Source: Candidatus Doudnabacteria bacterium (lineage in GTDB: Bacteria; Patescibacteriota; Doudnabacteria; UBA920; O2-02-FULL-48-8). Taken from it: a stretch of 64,000 nt of DNA. Of this stretch, positions 10,063 through 18,057 are shown in pieces; position 1 is the first letter of the stretch, and every line of letters starts with the position of its first letter. A program made the translations under genes and the position numbers. The stretch is taken from assembly GCA_039931165.1 (NCBI GenBank), contig JBDTSL010000002.1, positions 7,134 through 71,133 of the forward strand, read 5' to 3'. The notes under the pieces are model-generated. The model did no database searches, was not told the origin of the DNA, and saw nothing but the letters and a program-made list of their open reading frames with translations.

Positions 10063-10167
10063 CACTATATGTAGTATTGACCACAGTTACTATAGCCCCA
10101 TATGTAGAAACCTGTCAAAGACCAAATTTTGGCTATATATTGCTCAAGCAAACTAGATGTAGTAAAA
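10063..10167. promoter_or_regulatory. Three candidate NrdR boxes upstream of the nrdR-nrdJ operon
   Basis: acactatatgtagtat (10063), ccccatatgtagaaac (10097) and actagatgtagtaaaa (10152) resemble the NrdR-box consensus acaCwAtaTaTwGtgt. Confidence 0.45.
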
Positions 10168-10217
10168 CTTATCAACACAATTTTTAATTTTCGGAACGCT
10201 TTGTCAAATGACAAAAA

Positions 10218-10334
10218 TTGACAAAAAAATTCGCAAACTGTAAACTATAAGCAACATTAATTTTGCAAAAATTATGTTGCTCGGACACTAAAATACAGTT
10301 GACAAAACGCCCCAAAAGGGCGTTTTTGTTTTTT
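10218..10334 (+). promoter_or_regulatory. Promoter TTGACA-N17-TAAACT followed by an 8-bp-stem hairpin and a strong intrinsic terminator directly abutting the ATP-grasp start. Candidate attenuator leader or small RNA.
   Basis: ttgaca 10218-10223, taaact 10241-10246; hairpin agcaacat...atgttgct 10250-10281; terminator acgccc-caaaa-gggcgt plus ttttgtttttt 10307-10334. Confidence 0.45.
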
Positions 10335-11505
10335 GGAGTATAATATGCTCATGAGTAAATGCATATATTGCGGCAATAATCCCATTCCCCACCGGATCCA
10401 TAAATTTTATTCGTCGATCGACATATGTCTTGAGCCGATCCGAAGAAATTTCAGCCAAAGCCGGTTTGGACGCGCTACTGATAAACTGACCACATGGATT
10501 GCTTTGGGCTTATTTCATCTGCTGCGGCCTTTGGGGCTGATAAAGATCAACCGGGATATAAATCTAGTGCCTTTCCCCCGCGCAAAAGCTCTTTGGCAGG
10601 AAGCTGTTGACCGCGGCATCGAACTGGAGGAAATCAAACTTTTCAATCGCTCAATAGATCTTTACCGGACAAAAATCAGGGGCAAACAAATGTATTTTAT
10701 GAATCTGCCTCGGAAGCAGGATGTGGCGACTTCCAATTTGGCTTGGATAGACGATAAGTATTTGCTTAAAAAAAGACTTTTGGACAATCGTTTTCCGGTA
10801 CCTGCGGGCGGCGCTTACACAAACTTATCGGATGCCGTCAAAACTTTTCAAGCGCTGGACAAACCGGTAATAGTCAAGCCGCGCTCCGGATCCCGCGGCC
10901 GGCATACCACTACTAACATTTATTCTGAGGATGATTTTATCCAGGCCTTCAAGATCGCCAAACAGCTCTGTTATTGGGTCATTGTGGAAGAACATTTATT
11001 CGGCGATGTCCAGCGAGGAACCGTGATCGGCGGAAAACTGGTCGGCGTCTTAGGCGGCTCTCCACCGCGCGTGACAGGCGATGGCCGGCAGACAATTGCC
11101 GAACTGATAAAAATCAAAGATGCCGGCCGGCCGGACAAGGTCAAAGAGACAAAAGTCAATCCATATTTTATGCAGCGCGCGAATCTGACTATGGAGACCG
11201 TACCGGAAAACGGCAAAGCAGTGGATTTGTCGGAGAAGATCGGGGTCAATTACGGCGGCACGTCCTATGATTGCACCCCAGAAACCCACCCCGAAACCAA
11301 ACAAATGCTTCAGCACGCGGCTACGGTTCTGGATGTTTCAATCGTCGGCTTTGATTTTATCGTACCGGACATCACCAGAACCTATAAAGAACAAAAATCC
11401 GGCATCATCGAAGCCAACGGCGCGCCTTTCATCCAGCTCCATCACGATCCGCTGTATGGCCAATCCATCAACGCCGCGAAATATGTTTGGGACCTTATTA
11501 CGTAA
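10333..11505 (+). CDS. ATP-grasp ligase, cyanophycin-synthetase (CphA) N-domain / RimK-like, stand-alone
   Basis: IVKPRSGSRGRHTT, GDGRQTIAELI and EANGAPFIQLHHDP blocks typical of the CphA-type ATP-grasp domain; host-like GC. The real start is probably the ATG at 10345 or 10351. Confidence 0.6.
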   Translation: MEYNMLMSKCIYCGNNPIPHRIHKFYSSIDICLEPIRRNFSQSRFGRATDKLTTWIALGLFHLLRPLGLIKINRDINLVPFPRAKALWQEAVDRGIELEEIKLFNRSIDLYRTKIRGKQMYFMNLPRKQDVATSNLAWIDDKYLLKKRLLDNRFPVPAGGAYTNLSDAVKTFQALDKPVIVKPRSGSRGRHTTTNIYSEDDFIQAFKIAKQLCYWVIVEEHLFGDVQRGTVIGGKLVGVLGGSPPRVTGDGRQTIAELIKIKDAGRPDKVKETKVNPYFMQRANLTMETVPENGKAVDLSEKIGVNYGGTSYDCTPETHPETKQMLQHAATVLDVSIVGFDFIVPDITRTYKEQKSGIIEANGAPFIQLHHDPLYGQSINAAKYVWDLIT

Positions 11506-11518
11506 TTAATTACGTAAT
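11497..11518. repeat. Perfect AT-rich palindrome ttacgtaattaattacgtaa overlapping the ATP-grasp stop
   Basis: Perfect 20-bp palindrome; the same 17-mer aattaattacgtaatta recurs at 32555-32571 after topA. Confidence 0.6.
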
Positions 11519-11531
11519 TAAATATATATTG

Positions 11532-11560
11532 ATGTATATACAAGCGTATACATTTTTTTG
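11532..11560 (+). terminator. Intrinsic terminator for the ATP-grasp gene
   Basis: atgtatatac-aagc-gtatacat followed by ttttttt. Confidence 0.5.
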
Positions 11561-11600
11561 GCAAAAAAAATGCCGGAACCTAAATTGCTTAAGTTTCGGC
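11561..11600 (-). terminator. Intrinsic terminator for the purC-like gene (left island boundary)
   Basis: Minus strand: gccgaaac-ttaagcaatttag-gttccggc followed by attttttttgcc. Confidence 0.6.
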
Positions 11601-11618
11601 CAAACGCTTCGATCTGAG

Positions 11619-12647
11619 TCAGGCGGTCATGACTTTTTCTATCTTCATGACGCTCCTCTGGAAGTCCGAAAGCTCACGGGACACCAGTCGTTGAGTGATT
11701 TTCAGATATCTGCCCGTGCATGCCTCCAACACTTCCGCGGGAACAAGGATGTTGCCAACCTGTTGCTGGCTATGAACCGATTTCGCATCGAGTTTCCCGA
11801 TGTTCACGGTTACATTGTCCGGGTATACGCGAGCCTGCTTGCCCCACTCCCGGACCGGCTGCTTGTCGTAGCCGCCCGGAGCTTTGCCCAAAGCCTGGGC
11901 AGCTCGGTACTCGTCCGCGTCCCAGTAACGGGATGAGTCCGGGGTCGCTATCTCATCGCAGATCATCAGTCCCATGTCGAACTCGAACTTCGTATCGGCG
12001 AAGATGATCCCTTTCTCCCGGGCGTGTTTCCGGATCTGATCGAACAGATGAACCGAAAATATCTCAACACCCAACCCGTAGTTGTCCACCACGTACTCTC
12101 GCGTCACTGGCTCGTCGTGCCCGGATTCAGCTTTGTCCGTGGGGGTGTACATCGGCTGCTCAAGCCATGCGCCGTCGATGAGCCCGTCCGGAAGCTGATA
12201 CCCCCAGAGGTTTCGAGAACCGGATTTGTATTTCTCCCAGGCCGACCCTGTGAGCACCCCGCGAACCACGCACTCGACGGGCATCATATCCCGTTTAATG
12301 ACCACGAGCGCGCGAACCTGAAGTTCAGGCCGGTTGCGCAAACGCAGCGGCAGATATTCATCGATCCCGCTGCCGAAGGCGACGAGATGATGAGCGTGCT
12401 TGGCCAATACTTCTGTCAGGAAGTAGACGGTCAAGGCCGTCAATACTTCGCCTTTTTTCGGCACCAGCGCCCCGAGCACGAAGTCGAAAATTGAGATTCG
12501 GTCGGTCGCGACCACCAGCAGATGGTCCGGATAACCTTCCACTGCGTATGTGTCACGGACCTTGCCTTGGTGGACACGCTTGAGTCCGGCCTGCGCCAGT
12601 TCTTCTGAGATCGCGGATTCGGCAACCGACGGCGGAATGTACGGCAT
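11619..12647 (-). CDS. purC: SAICAR synthetase family protein (PurC-like, long form), island gene 6
   Basis: GKVRDTY...LLVVATDRISIFD matches PurC. RBS aaggag overlaps the stop of the upstream mini-ORF. About 60% GC against a 45% flank. Confidence 0.8.
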   Translation of the reverse strand: MPYIPPSVAESAISEELAQAGLKRVHQGKVRDTYAVEGYPDHLLVVATDRISIFDFVLGALVPKKGEVLTALTVYFLTEVLAKHAHHLVAFGSGIDEYLPLRLRNRPELQVRALVVIKRDMMPVECVVRGVLTGSAWEKYKSGSRNLWGYQLPDGLIDGAWLEQPMYTPTDKAESGHDEPVTREYVVDNYGLGVEIFSVHLFDQIRKHAREKGIIFADTKFEFDMGLMICDEIATPDSSRYWDADEYRAAQALGKAPGGYDKQPVREWGKQARVYPDNVTVNIGKLDAKSVHSQQQVGNILVPAEVLEACTGRYLKITQRLVSRELSDFQRSVMKIEKVMTA

Positions 12648-12659
12648 ACCAGCTCCTTA

Positions 12660-12752
12660 TAGTGAATGCCAAAGCAAAAAAGTTAACAAACCTGCCAACA
12701 TCAGGAGAAGTGGCCAATTCACTCGCAGTGAATGAAAGCCCAAAAAACTCAT
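12660..12752 (-). CDS. 29-codon hydrophobic mini-ORF (MSFLGFHSLRVNWPLLLMLAGLLTFLLWHSL), translationally coupled to the purC-like gene
   Basis: RBS gaggagg 5 nt before ATG; stop TAA lies 9 nt before the purC-like ATG with an aaggag in between; contains the 7-bp inverted repeat attcact-cgc-agtgaat (12717-12733). Confidence 0.4.
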
Positions 12753-12753
12753 G

Positions 12754-12848
12754 AGTTCCTCCTCGAAACTCGAAATATACGATAGTCAATATTACTACGG
12801 AAACGGCTTTAAGAGCAAATGCCCAATAAAAAAGAGTTGAGCGACTTG
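12754..12848 (-). promoter_or_regulatory. Island intergenic cassette D (degenerate copy): hairpin over the purB-like stop, T-run, promoter-like element
   Basis: ctcttttttattgggcatttgctcttaaagccg aligns to the other cassette copies; downstream ttgact...tatatt. Confidence 0.4.
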
Positions 12849-14171
12849 TTAGTCACCCAACCCATTGTGCGTTCCAAACACCTGGTCGAAAATGTGATCT
12901 ATGTACTTGAGTTTCTCGTCAAGCACAAAGCACGACTCGATGTCGGAAGGCGAAACAAGACTTGCGATGCGCGGATTGTCGAGCAGCGCCTGCTTGAAAT
13001 CAGCGCCCGTCTCCCAGCAGGCCTGCGCGATGTCATAGGCCAGAGCGTGTGCTTCCTGCCTGGGCAGTCCGCTTTTGTCGGCAAGCAAGGCCTGCACGTC
13101 TTGTGAAAAGATCAAGCCTTTCGTCAGGCTGAGATTATAGAGCATCCTGTCCGGAAACACACTCCATCCCTTCACGATCCTGGTGAACCTGGCCAGAATA
13201 TAGTCGATGAGAATGGACGCATCCGGCAGAATGATCCGTTCGGAGCCGGAGTTCGAGATGTCCCGTTCGTGAAGTGTCAGCTGATTTTCGTATGCCGCGT
13301 GAGTATATCCCTGGATCACCGCGGCAAGTCCTGAGACGTTCTCCGCCCCGATCGAGTTGCGCTTGTGGGGCATGGCCGATGAACCCTTCTGTCCTTTCCG
13401 GAACGCTTCCTGTAGTTCGCGGACCTCCGTCTGCTGCATCAGCCTTCCGGCCATGGCAAACTTGCGGATCGAACCGGCGATGAGACCGAGCACTGTGACG
13501 TACTCGGCGATGATGTCGCGGGAGATGACCTGTGTTGTGATCGTCGGCACCAGGCCCAACCGCTGACAGACGATCTGTTCGACATTCGGAGGCAGCGTGT
13601 ACATTCCGACCGCGCCGGAGAGCTTGCCCACGGTCAATCTCTTCATCAACTGCTGTGTGCGCTCGAAGTGACGGCCCATCTCATCGTGCCAGTTGGCGAG
13701 CTTCACGCCGAAAGTGATGGGCTCGGCATGCACGGTGTGAGTCCGCCCGATCATCGGCGTGTATTTGAATTCATGCGCGCGTGCCCTGAGGGTGAGCATG
13801 AACGCGATGATATCTTCCTGGATCAGCGTCAGGCTTTCCACCAGCTGTAGCATCAGGCCAGTATCGCCGCAATCCATGCTCGTCATATAGTAATGCCAGT
13901 GAGGCCGGAGTGCGGGCGGCAGTTGCGGCGACGTGTAGTCGAGAAACGCCATCACATCATGTCCGGTGCCGCCCTCCTTGGTCTCCAGTTCTTCAATCGC
14001 ACCAGCATCGATGTTGATAGTATGCTGAAGATCATCGGGGATGGCAACCGAAATTTCTCCCAGTTGCGCGCGGGCGCGCATGGCTTCGACGTCGACCCTG
14101 ACCCAGTTGCGCAGCCTCTGGTCTTCGCTCCAGATCTTTCCCATTGGTCCGCGTGTATAACGGTTAATCAC
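12849..14171 (-). CDS. purB: Adenylosuccinate lyase family protein (PurB-like), island gene 5
   Basis: Fumarate-lyase signature GSSAMPHKRNSIG; N-terminal GKIWSEDQRLRNW; 440 aa; GTG start with RBS ggaggag. Confidence 0.85.
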   Translation of the reverse strand: MINRYTRGPMGKIWSEDQRLRNWVRVDVEAMRARAQLGEISVAIPDDLQHTINIDAGAIEELETKEGGTGHDVMAFLDYTSPQLPPALRPHWHYYMTSMDCGDTGLMLQLVESLTLIQEDIIAFMLTLRARAHEFKYTPMIGRTHTVHAEPITFGVKLANWHDEMGRHFERTQQLMKRLTVGKLSGAVGMYTLPPNVEQIVCQRLGLVPTITTQVISRDIIAEYVTVLGLIAGSIRKFAMAGRLMQQTEVRELQEAFRKGQKGSSAMPHKRNSIGAENVSGLAAVIQGYTHAAYENQLTLHERDISNSGSERIILPDASILIDYILARFTRIVKGWSVFPDRMLYNLSLTKGLIFSQDVQALLADKSGLPRQEAHALAYDIAQACWETGADFKQALLDNPRIASLVSPSDIESCFVLDEKLKYIDHIFDQVFGTHNGLGD

Positions 14172-14263
14172 AGTCTCCTCCGATCAAAGAAACGAAAAGT
14201 GCTTAACGCAGTATAGCAAAAATTGGCAATAAAAAAAGGCGGAGACGAAAGCGTCAACGCCGG
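14172..14263 (-). promoter_or_regulatory. Island cassette A: intrinsic terminator plus extended -10 promoter (TGcTATACT) plus RBS
   Basis: Minus strand: ggcgttgacgctttcgtctccgcc-ttttttt-attgccaatttttgctatactgcgttaagc...ggaggagactGTG. Confidence 0.6.
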
Positions 14264-15293
14264 TTAAATAAATCCGTCCACTTGCCATTCCAGAGTTTGA
14301 CCGGCCATATATGGCCGGACTGCACCGATCATCTCCGGCACTTGCCAGGGCTTTCGGATCAAGACCAGTTTCTCCTTGTTCCTCGGCAACCGGTAGAAGT
14401 CAGCTCCGAAAACCGAAGTGAAGTTGGCCAGGGCATCCGGGTTCGCGTGAACCTGAAATAGCCTGACGAGCTCGGGCATGAGCACGGGAGCCGTGAAGCC
14501 GCCGTTCGCAACCTTGATCGGGCCTTTGTTCGCTGCCGGATGCGGCGCCGAGTCGCTGCCAAAAAATACATTCGGTGGACGACTCTCGTACACGAGCTCC
14601 ATGATCGCTTTTTGATCCGCAAACCCCTGGATCTCCGGCTTCATGATCAGCTGTGGTTCAAGTTCGCCGCCGCGAACGTCGTTCTTGTTGTGCTTCAGGT
14701 GCGCCAGAGTCACTGTGGCCGCGACTGGCCGGGTCTTCTCGTGCATGCGACGAACGAACTCTACGGTCTCGCGACAACTGATATGTTCGACGACGATCCT
14801 CAAAGTAGGAAAATCGTCGGAGAGTTGTTCGACCTTAGGCAAGCAGCTGCGCTCGCGCTGATCACAGTCTACGGCCGGATCCGCATCTTCGGCGTGGATC
14901 TGCAGAACCATATCGCAATCCTGCATCACTTCCAAGCAAGAATAAAGCGGACGAAAATCAACAAGTCCGCCTTTCGAACCGGTTGTAATTCCGGCATACA
15001 ACTTCAACCGGCCAAAGTACGACCGGGAAAATTCCTTGACCATGTATGGGGTCGTTGTTGGTATGAGTTTCGGCGAAACCAGAGTGGTGCAGCCGAATTT
15101 CTGAGACTGATCGTTGCATTCGTCATCATAGGCTTGCGCCTCTGCAACTGTTTCGATCGGGGGTACGTTACCCATGGCGATACATCGGCGGAATTGCTTT
15201 GCTGACCACGGAACCACGTCCTTCAGCATCTCGCCGAAACGAAAGTGGGCGTGCCAGTCGTCCGGCGCGGGAAGGGTAATTTCGTTTTTCACA
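14264..15293 (-). CDS. pyrC: Dihydroorotase, type II homodimeric class (PyrC-like), island gene 4
   Basis: DDWHAHFR zinc ligands, LKLYAG (carboxylated Lys), VVEHIS, FFGSDSAPH all conserved. The ORF-track start at 15340 runs through the promoter element; the likely start is GTG 15293 after ctggagg. Confidence 0.8.
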
Positions 15294-15340
15294 ACTGCCT
15301 CCAGTTTGGAAACCGAAAAGGGCTTAACGCAGTATAGCAA

Positions 15341-15399
15341 AAATTACCAATAAAAAAAGACGGTCACGCAAACGTGCCCGTCCAAACCAACTCATCCTC
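15341..15399 (-). promoter_or_regulatory. Island cassette B: intrinsic terminator plus extended -10 promoter
   Basis: Minus strand: gacgggcacg-tttg-cgtgaccgtc-ttttttt-attggtaatttttgctatactgcgttaagc. Confidence 0.6.
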
Positions 15400-16167
15400 C
15401 TATTTCTTCCTGTACTCTTCGTACGTCGCCCGCAAGGTCCGAAACTCCGCCTTGGGCTTCCAGGCGACGTTTCCCGCCAGAATATCTGTCACCACCGCGG
15501 CGTCATCCTGCTGATACTGCGCCATCTGTCGGTGAAGCAGGCTTTCGACGGACAATGCCCCATGATTCGTGTCCTGATCGGCATAGCTCGTCTGCGCCGA
15601 CCGGTTCCACCACGAACAGATGACCACGACCTGACCGCCGCTGTCTTTGACCAGCTTGATCAGCTGGCCTGTCGTTGAGAAATTGTTCGTGACGTCTTCG
15701 CCGATCGCCACGCGCTCACCCGGATTGATGAAGTGACGGTTGAACACGAATTTCTCCTCGCCTCTCTCCTGGCCGATGCCGGCCGCTACCTGGACCTTCT
15801 CCGGGTAAACATAGCGGCAGCTCATCTCGCAAGCCAGGGCTTGCGCGACAGCCAATCCGCCCATGGGCGCGCCGAGCACGACATTGATGCAGTATTCATC
15901 AAGGTCACAAAGCTCACGCATCCGCTGCGCCCAGATGGCGTAGATCTCCGGATACTGTTCGGCGTAGGCGAAATCGGCGTAGTAGTCGCCGACTTTCTGC
16001 TTCATCGCGCCGCGGCTATCCTCGTACTTGCCCGCATACCCCACGAGCTTCCCGATGCGCGTCCCATCGGGGCGCTTCGGGCAATCATATGTCCCGCCGA
16101 CAAGATCTAGTGTCACGTCCGGGCTGTCCCCCATCGCGCTTCTCAGAAATGTTTTGGGAATCTGCAT
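15400..16167 (-). CDS. pyrE: Type I phosphoribosyltransferase, orotate-PRTase-like (PyrE-like), island gene 3
   Basis: PRPP-binding motif VAIGEDVTNNFSTTG; 255 aa; RBS aaggagg; start 10 nt after the pyrF-like stop. Confidence 0.7.
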   Translation of the reverse strand: MQIPKTFLRSAMGDSPDVTLDLVGGTYDCPKRPDGTRIGKLVGYAGKYEDSRGAMKQKVGDYYADFAYAEQYPEIYAIWAQRMRELCDLDEYCINVVLGAPMGGLAVAQALACEMSCRYVYPEKVQVAAGIGQERGEEKFVFNRHFINPGERVAIGEDVTNNFSTTGQLIKLVKDSGGQVVVICSWWNRSAQTSYADQDTNHGALSVESLLHRQMAQYQQDDAAVVTDILAGNVAWKPKAEFRTLRATYEEYRKK

Positions 16168-16177
16168 TCGGCCTCCT

Positions 16178-16855
16178 TCAGGCTGTCTGAATTTCGGCGA
16201 CCAGGCTTTTCCACGCTTCGGCCGGATCTGAGGCCTCGATCACCTGACTTGCGATCACCAGATGGTGAGCGCCGGCTGCCAACGTTGCCGCCGGTGTTGC
16301 CACGCGTTTCTGATCACCTGCTGCGACTCCGACAGAACGCGTGCCCGGCACGACTCTTTTGAACACGCCGTGCATGTGAATCAGAGACTCCACTTCGAGA
16401 GGCGAACAAACGAATCCAGACGTGCCGCCACTCGCCGCGAGCTCCGCGAAGTAAGCCACAGCCTCTGCCGGAGTTCGGCCGTACATGTCGTGAATTTGCA
16501 TCGAAGTCAGTGAGGTGAGGACCGTGATACTCAATACCTCTAGCCCAGACTCCACCGCCGCCTTGACCATGTCCCTGCCGCCCTGTGCGTGAACCGTGAT
16601 AATGTCGGCTCCGGCTTTCCTGAGCGCCGTCGCGCGGCGGCCCACGGTCTTCGGAATGTCATGAAGCTTACAGTCGACCCAGACCCGAGCCGCGCCGTTG
16701 TCTTTCAATCGCTGAATGATCTCGGGCTGATCACTCCCGTCAAGCAGGTCGTGGACCTTCACGCAGTACGCGTACTGGCCCAAAAGTTGGGTCAGCTCAA
16801 TCGCCCTAGACTCCTTCAGACCGTCCAATGCCAGGATCAAACGTTCGTCTCGCAT
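16178..16855 (-). CDS. pyrF: Orotidine-5'-phosphate decarboxylase (PyrF-like), island gene 2
   Basis: ILALD, CVKVHD, DCKLHDIPKT (D-x-K-x-x-D) and TVHAQGG all conserved. Confidence 0.85.
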   Translation of the reverse strand: MRDERLILALDGLKESRAIELTQLLGQYAYCVKVHDLLDGSDQPEIIQRLKDNGAARVWVDCKLHDIPKTVGRRATALRKAGADIITVHAQGGRDMVKAAVESGLEVLSITVLTSLTSMQIHDMYGRTPAEAVAYFAELAASGGTSGFVCSPLEVESLIHMHGVFKRVVPGTRSVGVAAGDQKRVATPAATLAAGAHHLVIASQVIEASDPAEAWKSLVAEIQTA

Positions 16856-16991
16856 TGTTCTACCCTCGGTTCAACTGTCATTTGTACTGCCAAGCAGTTT
16901 GCTTAGTCGCTATATACTAGCAAATCCCCCAATCGCGAGGCAAATAAAAAGAGGCGTTTCTGAAAGACAACGCCCCGCTGACTTCTTGAAC
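16856..16991 (-). promoter_or_regulatory. Island cassette C: intrinsic terminator after the pyrD-like gene plus promoter-like element upstream of the pyrF-like gene
   Basis: Minus strand: ggcgtt-gtctttcaga-aacgcc-tctttttatttgcc...tttgctagtatatagcgactaagc...gaggg. Confidence 0.55.
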
Positions 16992-18005
16992 CTAGCGCTC
17001 ATAAAACGCACCCGCACGGCCAAGTTTGTTTGCTCGATTGATGATGCGCTGGACCCGCCACGGACGCAAAAATGCGACAGAACCGATTGCGACGGCCGAT
17101 GCTCCTGCCTCCGCCAGCCGATTGACGTCCCGCGGCTTCAGTATCCCGCCGCCGGCGATGATTGGTTTTTTTATGCCTGCTACGCGAGCTTCTCTTACCC
17201 ACTTCACCACCTGCGGCAAGAGATATGCGCCTGACAGTCCGCCGCCGCCAGCTCCTTTAATGTGATTAAGCGGCGATAAAGTGGTCCCAAACATCTTTAC
17301 GCGGTCAGCTTCCGGAATCTCCAACCACGGAATCGTATTCGAGCTGCAGAAGCCGGCGCAGTTGTCATCCTGGGAGATCTCAAATGCCGCTATGATCGGG
17401 AAGTTGGTATTGATCTTCACGATCACCGGTGCGCGAAGCGAGTGCAGGATGGCGGCACTGGCTTTGGTCTCCCGTACTTTCTCGGCGATGATCTGGTCTT
17501 CGTGCTCGACGTTTGGGCAACTGATGTTAAGCTGGATGCCAAACGGGACCTGGAAAGGCCGGAATTGACGAATCATCCAGACCATGTCCCGCAATTCCTG
17601 CAGTCGTTCGTGCATGGTCCCGGCCACCGACATGACCGAAATCTGGAACGGTTTCTCAAGCTTGTGCCAGATTCCTTTATGAAGGAGTTCCGTAAGTCCG
17701 GGCCCTGAAAGCCCGACCGCATTCAGCGCAACGCCGAGCAGAAAACTGCGCGGGCTTACGAATATGCACTTGGGTTTGAGTTCCCGAGGCGTCATTCCGT
17801 CTGACCGCAGCGGCATGTTGCCGCCTTCACAGTAAGCCGGTCCCCGGCGCGGATCGAGAGTTGTAGTCTTGGCGACGAAGGAACAATTATCGAAGCTGAA
17901 ACCGCTCCCTTTCAAGTAGCGATGATAAGGGTAGCCATTGCCGTCGAAATTGCGGATCCCGCTCTGGTCGATGGCGTAGTTGAACCGAATATTTCCAAGC
18001 AGCAT
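16992..18005 (-). CDS. pyrD: Dihydroorotate dehydrogenase family protein, class 1-like (PyrD-like), island gene 1
   Basis: NAVGLSGPG, LNISCPNV (catalytic Cys), GGGGLSGAYL and PIIAGGGI motifs; start ATG 18005 with RBS ggaggag. The ORF-track start at 18056 is a GTG extension. Confidence 0.75.
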   Translation of the reverse strand: MLLGNIRFNYAIDQSGIRNFDGNGYPYHRYLKGSGFSFDNCSFVAKTTTLDPRRGPAYCEGGNMPLRSDGMTPRELKPKCIFVSPRSFLLGVALNAVGLSGPGLTELLHKGIWHKLEKPFQISVMSVAGTMHERLQELRDMVWMIRQFRPFQVPFGIQLNISCPNVEHEDQIIAEKVRETKASAAILHSLRAPVIVKINTNFPIIAAFEISQDDNCAGFCSSNTIPWLEIPEADRVKMFGTTLSPLNHIKGAGGGGLSGAYLLPQVVKWVREARVAGIKKPIIAGGGILKPRDVNRLAEAGASAVAIGSVAFLRPWRVQRIINRANKLGRAGAFYER

Positions 18006-18057
18006 CTCACTCCTCCATGAAAGCTGAAAAAAGGACTTCGAAATATTATAGCACACC

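Noticed and set aside
14540-15205. 221-aa plus-strand ORF, with other long ORFs in the island (12024-12494, 17026-17708)
   Set aside because: High GC in the island produces long spurious antisense ORFs. They overlap the PyrC/PurC/PyrD homologs that have clear family signatures.
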